This document shows, piece by piece, positions 17,757 to 26,632 of a DNA stretch of 63,627 bases (position 1 is its first letter; the number at the start of each line of letters is the position of its first letter). The translations under genes and the position numbers were made by a program. The notes below the pieces were generated by a model. The model saw nothing but the letters and a program-made list of their open reading frames with translations. It had not been told where the DNA came from and did not search any database. The DNA comes from Pyrinomonadaceae bacterium (lineage in GTDB: Bacteria; Acidobacteriota; Blastocatellia; Pyrinomonadales; Pyrinomonadaceae): the NCBI GenBank assembly GCA_035646955.1, contig DASROI010000030.1, positions 1 to 63,627 of the forward strand, given 5' to 3'.

Positions 17757-18318
17757 TTACAGCCCGGCGAAGTCTCACTTGTTTCCGATCTTCTGCGAGC
17801 AGTGCCCAACGTTCATGATCTCGCCAACGACCGCTGATCTTCAAGTATCGTCGTGAATAACCTTCCTGAGTAAAACCAGCTCTCCTCACCAGGGCTATCG
17901 ACGCCACATTTCCGGGTTGAATGTTTGCTTCGACTCGATGTAATTCTAACCTCTCAAAAGCATAGTTCAGTATCAATTGCAGAGCCTCCGTCATGTATCC
18001 GCGACTCGCATGTTGTTCTCCAATGTAATAGCCGAGGTACGCACTGCGAAATCCCTTCATAAAGATCTGGCTGAGGGTGATCGCGCCGACAATTGAGCCA
18101 TCCGCCGCCAAACAGATTAGAAAACTTCGGCAGTCATCTCGCCGCGAGAATTCCATGTACGTCTGGAATTCATCCTCTGTTTTGGGTGGCGAGACCAGAC
18201 CCCGATGCAGTCGACTGCTGGCCCGATTGAGCCTGAGCAGTTCGGCACTGTCCGACTCACGAGGTTGCCGTAGACGTAATCGAGTGCCATTGAGGACATT
18301 CTCATGTTTTGAAGTCAT
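17734..18318 (-). CDS. GNAT acetyltransferase, RimJ/RimL-like
   Basis: 194 aa with LRLRQPRESD, GYYIGEQHASRGYMTEAL and VEANIQPGNVASIALVRRAGF. Confidence 0.85.
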   Translation of the reverse strand: MTSKHENVLNGTRLRLRQPRESDSAELLRLNRASSRLHRGLVSPPKTEDEFQTYMEFSRRDDCRSFLICLAADGSIVGAITLSQIFMKGFRSAYLGYYIGEQHASRGYMTEALQLILNYAFERLELHRVEANIQPGNVASIALVRRAGFTQEGYSRRYLKISGRWRDHERWALLAEDRKQVRLRRAVTIRGSVG

Positions 18319-18324
18319 CTGTGG

Positions 18325-18774
18325 TCAGCTCTGACAAACCACGCTGGCATGCCTGGCAATTAGACGCCACTGTCCGCTGCGCTTCATCCAGATGTTTGTG
18401 TAACGACGGTGAATTGTCTTACCGGCGTCTGGTGAATCGCCCTTGGGCACTACAGTCTCCCTACCCATCACAATCACTGTGTTGCCATGGACAAGAATTT
18501 CTTCAGGTTCACGAACAAAAGACGAAAAAGTAAGGCGCTTGCTCCTAATCCGCGCAGCGTTGTCAATCTCGTTGAATGGATTATTGACTCTGAAGTCTTC
18601 TGTCCACAACCGGTCTACCGCAGCCAGGTCACCGCGTAACACAGCGTCGGCATGGGCCAGATCGAGTTTTCGTACGGCTTCCTGAATCGCAAGTTTTTGT
18701 TTGGGTGTCTGGCAAACCGCTGGAACAGCGCATCCCATTATCAATATGACAATGGCTCCAAGATGATGCCTCAT
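18325..18774 (-). CDS. NTF2-fold (SnoaL-like/DUF4440) protein, secreted
   Basis: 149 aa with a signal peptide. The DRLWTEDFRVNNP...YTNIWMKRSGQWRLIARHAS pattern is typical of DUF4440. Confidence 0.7.
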   Translation of the reverse strand: MRHHLGAIVILIMGCAVPAVCQTPKQKLAIQEAVRKLDLAHADAVLRGDLAAVDRLWTEDFRVNNPFNEIDNAARIRSKRLTFSSFVREPEEILVHGNTVIVMGRETVVPKGDSPDAGKTIHRRYTNIWMKRSGQWRLIARHASVVCQS

Positions 18775-19032
18775 AACTTAGACATTCCCTTCTGCCTAAA
18801 ATCGGAACTGGCCGGCAATTGAATTTCACTAATAAACTTCGCAATCGAAGTTACCATAACAAATAGTTCCCGATTGTTAACTGATAACGGACAACTGGCC
18901 AACTTTACGCTAGAATACGGCCGTTGCACCAAGTTTTGCCCGTCAGCGCAGTCGAGACCCGGACTGCGTTTTTAGCATGAGCACCAGATAACGAAGCTGA
19001 ACCCCTGAATTCAAAACTCGTATTGAGACTAC

Positions 19033-19884
19033 ATGACCGATTCTGAAGACTCGACAAGCAAGTTAAAAGACGAGGCAGCGAAAAGACGCCGGGAGGAAGC
19101 TCTACCCGAGCGCCTCTTGCGACGCGTACTGGAAGGAATGGGCGACATTGTCGATCGCAAATTCGGTCGCACGGTCGAGCCAAAGACGGGGCTAACAACC
19201 TCGAAACTAATCGAGCGCATGAAGAAGTTAATAGACGAGCGTGCTCGAGACGAAGGGTCGAAGGGTCGTATAGCGCCCCATCACCTGGTTCTGAAAGTCG
19301 AATGGGGTACTCACTCAGAAGCGCCACCTGAAATCTTGAACGATCTAAAGAATGAGGTTCTTGCTGCGGCAATTGACCACATCAACGACCATCGATACCG
19401 GACGCTTGCACCGATAAGTGTGGAGGCTGAGGTTGACATCTTTACGACCGGTATTTCGGTAGATCCTAACTTTGGCGAGTTTGAAGAGGACCTGCGACGA
19501 CAAGACGAAGAAAAGCGGGCGGCCAAAGCAGGCATCGTAATACCATCGGCAGCACCACCAATGCCCGATCTCCAGGTGATAGCCCGGATTAACCAGGCGA
19601 ATAGCTCGCGCGAAGTGGCTTTAAGCTTTAAGCCGGGCGGGAGACGACTTAATGTCGGTCGAGCCTCCGACAATGAATTGCGTATTATTGACGCGAGCGT
19701 TTCCAAGATTCATGCGGCACTTCTGATGACATCAGAGGGAACTCTGTTGGTGGCTGATACCGGCTCAACGAATGGAACTTTTATCAACGGTCGCCGGATA
19801 GCTTATGGCGAGTCTCGGCTTATCGAAGATGGGGACGTTGTAGGATTCGGTGACGTTGAAGTAAGACTCAGAAAGTCTGAGTAA
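19033..19884 (+). CDS. FHA-domain protein, FhaA-like (N-terminal DUF3662-type domain plus C-terminal FHA)
   Basis: 283 aa. FHA: GRASDNELRIIDASVSKIHAALLMTSEGTLLVADTGSTNGTFINGRRI. The N-terminal APHHLVLKVEWG...EVLAAAIDHINDHRY resembles the FhaA N-domain. Confidence 0.85.
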   Translation: MTDSEDSTSKLKDEAAKRRREEALPERLLRRVLEGMGDIVDRKFGRTVEPKTGLTTSKLIERMKKLIDERARDEGSKGRIAPHHLVLKVEWGTHSEAPPEILNDLKNEVLAAAIDHINDHRYRTLAPISVEAEVDIFTTGISVDPNFGEFEEDLRRQDEEKRAAKAGIVIPSAAPPMPDLQVIARINQANSSREVALSFKPGGRRLNVGRASDNELRIIDASVSKIHAALLMTSEGTLLVADTGSTNGTFINGRRIAYGESRLIEDGDVVGFGDVEVRLRKSE

Positions 19885-19932
19885 TCAGTTCTTACAGGCT
19901 TGACTAAGGAGATCCGCTCGAACAGAAACTAA

Positions 19933-21813
19933 ATGAACCCTGTTCTTACAGCCCTGTTATTGTTTCAATCTCCCTCCCCTTCTCCCACGCCTGTCGTCGA
20001 CGCGCTCGAAAGGATGCCGGCGCTCTTCACCATCATTTACGTCGCCGGATTTGGTTTCATAATCCTACTGCTGTTCCTCAGTTTACTTCGCAGCAGAAAG
20101 CGACCACCAGCAACGGCCGCAATACCAGCTGACTTACCAAAAGAAGTTAGAAAGCGACTTGGCTCTGCTTCAACTAATCGAGGACTTCGCGCCCTGCGTT
20201 GGCTGTTCATCCTTCTTGCATTTGGACTTTTTGGATTTCACATCTACTGGGCTCGCTACGCAGCCGAAGATAACGAGACGTTTCAACAGCTGAGTTACAA
20301 AGACCTGCGGATGCGCCGGCTGTCCGAATCGACGCTGCGCGGATGGATCCTTGATAGAAGCGGCCGGTTGGACCAACCTCTCGCTTATTACAAACGCGAC
20401 TCGACGGGTGAAATTCAGCGTGAGTACCCGATGGATAAAGCGATGGCCCACTTGTTTGGCTCTGACCGCGGAGATCCGGGCCTGGAGCGCGCGTTGTTCG
20501 GAACCCAAAGTGGAGCGCTTCCGGAAGCATGGGACGTGGTCCGGCGGCGTACTCAGGAGTTTAAAGGAAATCAGGATGTTCGACTCACGATCGATCGCAA
20601 CCTGCAACAGGCGGCGGTGGACCAGCTAAAAGGAAAACACGGTGCAGTTGTAGTGTTGAATCCTCAAACGGGTGAAGTACTTGCACTCTACAGCGAACCT
20701 TCATACAGCCTGAGTGAAGTGTCTGACGAGGCGACATGGATTCGATTGGAGTCGAACGAGAGGGACAAGCCACTTGTGAGTAGAGCGCTTGGAGCTTACT
20801 ACATTCCTGGTTCGACCTTTAAAACAGTAACCATGACGGCTGCCTTCCTTGCGGGCGAACAGGACACGGAGTTCACCTGCAGCGGAGGTGGTTATTACGC
20901 AGCACCGGGCGCCAACGTTATCTACGACGATGGCGGTGCGGGTGAAGTACACGGCCGGATCGGCATAGACCAAGCGTACGAGGTTTCGTGCAACCAGTAC
21001 TTCGCACAAATGGGCGTCAAACTTGGACCAGAACGGCTTAAGCGTGCCGCACAATTACTGGGAATCGGTACCTATGACACGCCGGTTGAAGCCCTACGAG
21101 GACGCAAACAACCGGAGATCTGGAATGGGAGCACCGACGCCGTCAAGCGAGCTCTGGCTCCTCGTGAAGCCACGATAGTAACTGGTAAACAAGTGACTCG
21201 CTACGACCTTGCTCTCATGGGTTATGGCCAGGGCTACGCCGGTCAGATGACGCCGCTGCAGATGTCGTTAGCCGCTGCCGCGATCGGAAATACTGAGGGC
21301 AAGCTGATGAAACCAAAGATTGAATACAAACTTCCTCCGCAAGTATTCAATCAGGTTATGCCTGCGGCGACAGCCGAAAAGCTACGTTCCATCATGGGAC
21401 TGGTAACCGGTGGTCCAAGCGGAACAGCCCGCGGAGTCTTTGCACCGGTTAAAGCGGCAGGAATAAATACGGGAGGTAAAACAGGAACCGCTCAAAAAGT
21501 TGTCCCGGTTTATGATCCAAAGACCGGCGAACCGAAGCGGCAACATAAAGTTGAACGTGATAATCGGGGCAACATCATCCGTGAATACGACGAGGTCGTG
21601 ATGGACGAGGAGCATCCGCGCATTGATGGTTGGTTTTTGTGCATCGCACCATTGGAAAAACCTCAGTTGGCCATTGCGGTGATTGTTGAGGGAGGCGGAT
21701 ATGGCTCCAGATCGGCAGCGCCAATTGCTGCCGCACTCGTCCTAAAGGCCCGGGACCTCGGTTATTTCAGCGGCGTAAAACCGGCAACACCGGCCAAGAA
21801 AACAGTTAAATGA
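19933..21813 (+). CDS. class B penicillin-binding protein (PBP2/PbpA-type transpeptidase)
   Basis: 626 aa. Active-site triad motifs are STFK (GSTFKTVT), SCN (EVSCNQYF) and KTG (GGKTGTAQ). There are two hydrophobic segments at the N-terminus. Confidence 0.9.
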   Translation: MNPVLTALLLFQSPSPSPTPVVDALERMPALFTIIYVAGFGFIILLLFLSLLRSRKRPPATAAIPADLPKEVRKRLGSASTNRGLRALRWLFILLAFGLFGFHIYWARYAAEDNETFQQLSYKDLRMRRLSESTLRGWILDRSGRLDQPLAYYKRDSTGEIQREYPMDKAMAHLFGSDRGDPGLERALFGTQSGALPEAWDVVRRRTQEFKGNQDVRLTIDRNLQQAAVDQLKGKHGAVVVLNPQTGEVLALYSEPSYSLSEVSDEATWIRLESNERDKPLVSRALGAYYIPGSTFKTVTMTAAFLAGEQDTEFTCSGGGYYAAPGANVIYDDGGAGEVHGRIGIDQAYEVSCNQYFAQMGVKLGPERLKRAAQLLGIGTYDTPVEALRGRKQPEIWNGSTDAVKRALAPREATIVTGKQVTRYDLALMGYGQGYAGQMTPLQMSLAAAAIGNTEGKLMKPKIEYKLPPQVFNQVMPAATAEKLRSIMGLVTGGPSGTARGVFAPVKAAGINTGGKTGTAQKVVPVYDPKTGEPKRQHKVERDNRGNIIREYDEVVMDEEHPRIDGWFLCIAPLEKPQLAIAVIVEGGGYGSRSAAPIAAALVLKARDLGYFSGVKPATPAKKTVK

Positions 21814-23504
21814 AGAATCGCGCGTCATCGCACCTACTCATAATCTTCATCATTATCGGCCTTGAAATAGTCGGCTATCTAGGCGTTCACCGCGCCGCCG
21901 CTTTAAGAGGATATGAGACCTCTGTGATTGGCGGAGTTCGCGACCTGTTGATGTTTATTCCGCTGATCATTCTTGTCCTCTGGCTTTCACGGAGCAAACA
22001 CTTCATTGGAAACTGGGTATTGTTTACGACGGCGATTCTGCTCTTCTCGTTCGGGATGCTGGTCCAATATCGCCTGTACAGTGATCCGGAATACAACGCG
22101 CGAAACAAGGCTGCCGCTCGCGAGGAAAAAATGCAGGCGCTCCGGACTCGCTACATCATGGAAAACTATGATCCCGTCAAGAAGCAGATGATGGGATTAC
22201 CCCCAACTCCGGCGCAACCAATCCAGGTAAGTCAGATTCCACAGAAGCCCTCGAATTACTCGCTGTGGAATGCATTGACATCAAGCTACACATGGATTCC
22301 GATCTTTTCATTCCTGGCGCTGGCAATAGCTTATTCGTTGTGTTCACGCGATGGATTCTTGCTTTGGCTGCAACGTAACAGTTTTATCATCGTGCTCTTC
22401 ACGCTCGTTCCACTTGCAGGAGCGGTCGTAACTTCGAGCGCAGGTAAAGCACTCGGAAACATGACGCCCTGGGAGCCGTCAAAGATTCCTTTTCTCATTG
22501 GCTTCGCTGGAATACTTACAGCTCGTTATAAAGATTTAGCTGAGACGTACTGGGGAATCCCAAGGGCAAAGGACATCATTCCGTTACTAGTGATGGCTGC
22601 CATGCCATTCGTCCCGTTCTTCGCGCTGAAAGACTTTGGACAGATGCTCATCTTCAGCGGTGCTTACACAACACTTTATCTCGTAGCCGTCCGCCGTTGG
22701 CCACAGCTTCTGTTATTCGTGGGATCGATCGTGGTGGTCATTTCAATCCTTGTAGTTGGCGCCTTACCTCGCGATATCCAGGAGAAAGTGCCGCTGCTGC
22801 CAACTCTCGCTCGTCCGATAAGTGCGGCTCTGCCCTCTCGTATTCAACAACGATTTCACCTCTGGCTCGATGGATTCGATCCACCTTCACCTGAAGTCTC
22901 ATGGTGGAAGAAAGACTATGAGGAAGCACTACAGAGCGATCCACGTCTGAAAGAGCTGGCGGAACAGAGTCCGGCGATGCAGAAAGCAGTCAACATCGAC
23001 ATTTGGTTTGATAAGCTGGCCTTTCAACCGGCCCAGGCCGTGTTTGGTATTGCCGCGGGTCGCACCAGTGGACGCGGATTTGGGTTAGGTTTCCCGGAAG
23101 TGATTCCGATCGCCGACTCTGACTACGTTTATGCCGCGATCGCCGAAGAGACGGGACTATTGGGTGGAGCCATGGTGATACTAGCGGTGATCATTTTCGT
23201 GATCGCTGGAGTTCGCACTTCACTCGAGTCGCGTGATATGTTTACCAAACTTTGCGCGGCTGGTCTCACAGCATTCGTAGGTTTTCAGGCCTTAGTCAAC
23301 ATTGGTGGCATTCTTCGCGCACTGCCGATGACAGGAATCACACTTCCCTTTGTCAGTCACGGCGGATTTAGTTTGATTACTAGTTTCGCAATGTTAGGTA
23401 TGTTGTTGGCATTCTCGAACCGAAATGCTCGTGACCGCGTGATCGCCGAAATACCGGCGGTTAAAAGCTCTTCTTCTCCCCTTAAGCTGGAGGCAGTGCA
23501 ATGA
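21810..23504 (+). CDS. SEDS-family peptidoglycan polymerase (RodA/FtsW)
   Basis: 564 aa, polytopic. Motifs: IADSDYVYAAIAEETGLLGG and LPMTGITLPFVSHGGFSL. Its start shares an ATGA overlap with the PBP stop. Confidence 0.9.
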   Translation: MKNRASSHLLIIFIIIGLEIVGYLGVHRAAALRGYETSVIGGVRDLLMFIPLIILVLWLSRSKHFIGNWVLFTTAILLFSFGMLVQYRLYSDPEYNARNKAAAREEKMQALRTRYIMENYDPVKKQMMGLPPTPAQPIQVSQIPQKPSNYSLWNALTSSYTWIPIFSFLALAIAYSLCSRDGFLLWLQRNSFIIVLFTLVPLAGAVVTSSAGKALGNMTPWEPSKIPFLIGFAGILTARYKDLAETYWGIPRAKDIIPLLVMAAMPFVPFFALKDFGQMLIFSGAYTTLYLVAVRRWPQLLLFVGSIVVVISILVVGALPRDIQEKVPLLPTLARPISAALPSRIQQRFHLWLDGFDPPSPEVSWWKKDYEEALQSDPRLKELAEQSPAMQKAVNIDIWFDKLAFQPAQAVFGIAAGRTSGRGFGLGFPEVIPIADSDYVYAAIAEETGLLGGAMVILAVIIFVIAGVRTSLESRDMFTKLCAAGLTAFVGFQALVNIGGILRALPMTGITLPFVSHGGFSLITSFAMLGMLLAFSNRNARDRVIAEIPAVKSSSSPLKLEAVQ

Positions 23505-24997
23505 CCGAAAACACAAAGGCCTTCACCATCCAGTCCTCGTCGCTTTCAGACCGAGGGTTGAATGAGCGTCGACCTTTAAATGAAGACGCTTACCTGGCGG
23601 ATGCCCAGCGATCGATTTTTGCAGTGGCTGACGGTGTAGGTGGTGCCGAAGCCGGCGAAGTTGCTTCGCAAACAGCTATCGAAGTGCTCGATGAGGCTTT
23701 CAGGCACCAAACTGAAGGTGCAGATATCGAAGATTTAATGGAGCTCGCGATCCAAAGAGCCAACGCGTCTATTCATCAATTGGCCCAGGAGCACCAGCGG
23801 TTCTCAATGATGGCGACGACAGTCGTCGCACTACATCTAAAGGATAACATCGCCACGTTTGGACATGTTGGCGACTCACGTCTTTACCGGCTAACTCCTG
23901 ATGGAGAGCTTCACCGCGAAACACAAGATCACTCAATCGTCGAAGAAGAAGTACGCGCCGGGAGAATGACGCCCGAACAAGCCGCAAACCACCCTAGTAA
24001 AAACGTGATCAGCAGGGCTCTCGGAGCAGAACCGGTGGTCGAAGTTGATATGAAGACGATGGAGGTGGAAGAAGGTACTCAGTTTCTATTGTGCACCGAC
24101 GGGATCACTCGGCACGTGTCTGACGGTGAGATTCGCCGCTTGCTGGTTATTCACGAAGACCTTGAAGCAGTTTGTAATGAACTAAAGGAGCGTTGTTATG
24201 AACGAGGCGCTGAGGACAATCTGACGGTAGTCGTCGTCAGGGTTGGACCATACATTTCTGCCGACCAACGCTCTGAAGATCTTGAGCCGACTATCTCTCC
24301 GGAAAGCGAAGCAATGTATGCACAGAAGGATGGCCATCAGACGATGATGGCTACTGCAAATCCTCCCGGATTAGTGCCGGCGTCGCGCATTGCCTTTCCA
24401 GGTCCACCTGCTGACGGCGCCGCCGTTCCGGTCGAAAGATTAAACGTCGCGCCGGAACAAGCCCACCAGAAAAGTAATGGTACGGCCAAGCTCTTTGGTG
24501 TAGTGGTTGTTCTCGCTCTCCTGGCTGCCGCTTTCGTAGCAGGAGCACGTTTGAAGGACCGCATCCCTCTTTTTGCTGAAGCAGCGAAACCTACTCCTAC
24601 TCCGACTCCCGTGCCGCAGGTAGAAGAGCCATTTGTCCAATTCGAACGGGCAAGAAGACAAGTGGACTTGGATCCGCGAGCCTGGCTGGCAAACGACGTC
24701 GGCAAGGAACTCTTGAAGTCATCCGTTCAAGGTCCCCTCGACTCCCCCAACCCTGAATTTCTCTATTTGTACGGTCGGGCAAACTTACTGACTGGAAACC
24801 CTGACGAAGCGTCAAAGGCTTTTGAAGCCGCGATCGCAAAGTCTGATCAAAATCCATCGCCGGCAAATGCCACAGTGAAGAAGGATGCAACACTCGCGAT
24901 TGCCGCAGTCAGTTTGAAGACCTTCCGAGAGCGACAAAAGGCACTCGCCCACTACGACGAATTAACAAAGCCACCAGCTAACGCCAACGCCCCCTAA
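23501..24997 (+). CDS. PP2C-family Ser/Thr phosphatase with TM helix and extracytoplasmic helical tail
   Basis: 498 aa with ADGVGGAEAGEVAS, GDSRLYRL, CTDGITRHV, EDNLTVVVV and TM helix LFGVVVVLALLAAAFVAGA. Its start shares an ATGA overlap with the rodA stop. Confidence 0.9.
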   Translation: MTENTKAFTIQSSSLSDRGLNERRPLNEDAYLADAQRSIFAVADGVGGAEAGEVASQTAIEVLDEAFRHQTEGADIEDLMELAIQRANASIHQLAQEHQRFSMMATTVVALHLKDNIATFGHVGDSRLYRLTPDGELHRETQDHSIVEEEVRAGRMTPEQAANHPSKNVISRALGAEPVVEVDMKTMEVEEGTQFLLCTDGITRHVSDGEIRRLLVIHEDLEAVCNELKERCYERGAEDNLTVVVVRVGPYISADQRSEDLEPTISPESEAMYAQKDGHQTMMATANPPGLVPASRIAFPGPPADGAAVPVERLNVAPEQAHQKSNGTAKLFGVVVVLALLAAAFVAGARLKDRIPLFAEAAKPTPTPTPVPQVEEPFVQFERARRQVDLDPRAWLANDVGKELLKSSVQGPLDSPNPEFLYLYGRANLLTGNPDEASKAFEAAIAKSDQNPSPANATVKKDATLAIAAVSLKTFRERQKALAHYDELTKPPANANAP

Positions 24998-25054
24998 AGA
25001 TCGTTCGCTGATCTGTTTTTTTTGCATCTAAGCGATGCAAAATCGGGGCGGACT

Positions 25055-26593
25055 ATGTCAGAACTTAAACTTCAACACAGCAGACTCGACGGCCGGTACG
25101 ACATCCTTGAATGTCTTGGCCGTGGCAGTTACGCCGAGATCTACGTCGCGACGGACAACGCTGCTGTTGAAGGAGCGCCGCGAACGGTCGTTATCAAGGC
25201 ACTGAATCTAAACCTGCAAGAAGAGACGGATGCTGAACTCGAACGGACCCTTGTCGCCAACTTCCAGAACGAGGCCGTTGCACTTGATCGAGTTCGCCAC
25301 CCGAATGTCATCAACCGGTTAGGTCATGGCACCGCAATCGATCTGGGCGGCACGACTTTCCACTACATCGTCCTTGAATATCTGCCGGGTGGTGATCTTG
25401 CCGCCCTCACTCGCGGACGACCTTTGAATATTCAGAAAGCTGTTTCATATCTTGAGCAGGTCTGTTCGGGTCTGGCACACGCCCACAAGTGCGGCGTAAT
25501 TCATCGCGACATCAAACCGCAGAACCTGTTACTTACGGAAGATAAGCAGACTGTCAAGATTGCGGACTTCGGAGTCGCCAGGATCGACGCCAGCGACGGC
25601 GCGATAACGCGGGTAGGAACCAATATCTACTCCGCGCCGGAACACAACCCACTCGTCCAAACAGGTCAACTCTATACTTCGGGGCTACCGTCGGTACGAG
25701 ATCACCTGACTCCCGCTGCCGACATCTACTCGCTTGCCAAGACAACCTACACTTTGCTTGCTGGGGAGTCGCCCAGGCGTTTTGCCCAACATTCAATTAC
25801 TGAACTGCCGCTCACGATGGCGCAGGCCGACTGGTCACAACCGGTTTTGCGCGTCCTCAGAAAAGCGACACAGAGTAGGCCAGAAGAGAGATATCAGACG
25901 GTTGAACAATTTTGGGACGACTTTGCTGAAGCTACTTTACCACCGACTAGACCTTTGAAGATGCCCGAGATTGAAAATGAGATGCGGCGGAAACCGAGCG
26001 CTGACTTGTCGATCGAACCAGACGAGTTTACAGAAGCAGCGCCACCTCGCCCTCATTTCGCCCAGCCGGAACGAGTGCCGGTGCTGGACGCAGAACCACA
26101 AAGACGTCCGCGTATTGTTGTGCCTATCCAGCTTGAAAATCGGCGCGAAATGGACCATTTGGCTCGTCGAGCTGAGACTCCGGCTGCTGCAAACAAAAGG
26201 AACCAACGGCAATCTCTTGATAGTGTTATGCCGCGCGGACGGACTCGTCGGGCGGTAGTCGCCGCAGGGTTAATTCTGGCTTTCTCGGGAATGTTGCTGG
26301 CGACGCACAAGTACGTAACGTCACATTGGAACCCGCTTAGCAGTGTTCCGCAGTTAAGCGACACTTTCATAATTGGCCGGGAAGGTGTTACAACGACTGA
26401 TGTTAATTTACGCCCTGTGGCAAATACGCAGAATGCTCCGATTGGCATGGCCGAGTTTGGGTCGAAGGTAAAAGTGCTCAGCGCTGACAATAACTGGTAC
26501 GAGGTCCAAGTGTTGGAACACGCTCGGCCCAAGTCCGATCCCTATTCATCCGATCGTGGCTGGGTCAATAAGCGCTTTGTAAAGTTTGATTGA
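25055..26593 (+). CDS. Hanks-type Ser/Thr protein kinase with TM helix and C-terminal SH3b-like domain
   Basis: The ORF track starts at the TTG at 25022; I prefer the ATG at 25055. Motifs: GRGSYAEIY, VVIKAL, HRDIKPQNLL, DFGVAR, SAPEH, and TM helix VVAAGLILAFSGMLLA. The C-terminal VNLRP...WYEVQV...GWVNKRFV resembles SH3b. Confidence 0.9.
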   Translation: MSELKLQHSRLDGRYDILECLGRGSYAEIYVATDNAAVEGAPRTVVIKALNLNLQEETDAELERTLVANFQNEAVALDRVRHPNVINRLGHGTAIDLGGTTFHYIVLEYLPGGDLAALTRGRPLNIQKAVSYLEQVCSGLAHAHKCGVIHRDIKPQNLLLTEDKQTVKIADFGVARIDASDGAITRVGTNIYSAPEHNPLVQTGQLYTSGLPSVRDHLTPAADIYSLAKTTYTLLAGESPRRFAQHSITELPLTMAQADWSQPVLRVLRKATQSRPEERYQTVEQFWDDFAEATLPPTRPLKMPEIENEMRRKPSADLSIEPDEFTEAAPPRPHFAQPERVPVLDAEPQRRPRIVVPIQLENRREMDHLARRAETPAAANKRNQRQSLDSVMPRGRTRRAVVAAGLILAFSGMLLATHKYVTSHWNPLSSVPQLSDTFIIGREGVTTTDVNLRPVANTQNAPIGMAEFGSKVKVLSADNNWYEVQVLEHARPKSDPYSSDRGWVNKRFVKFD

Positions 26594-26632
26594 GTGGGTA
26601 CAAATTAGAGTAACTCCACGTGGAGGCACGGC

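Noticed and set aside
18905-19372. 155-aa minus-strand ORF spanning the divergent promoter region and the start of the first FHA gene.
   Set aside because: It overlaps the well-supported FHA gene, has no SD or family motif, and is rich in Arg/Ser/Leu/Cys.
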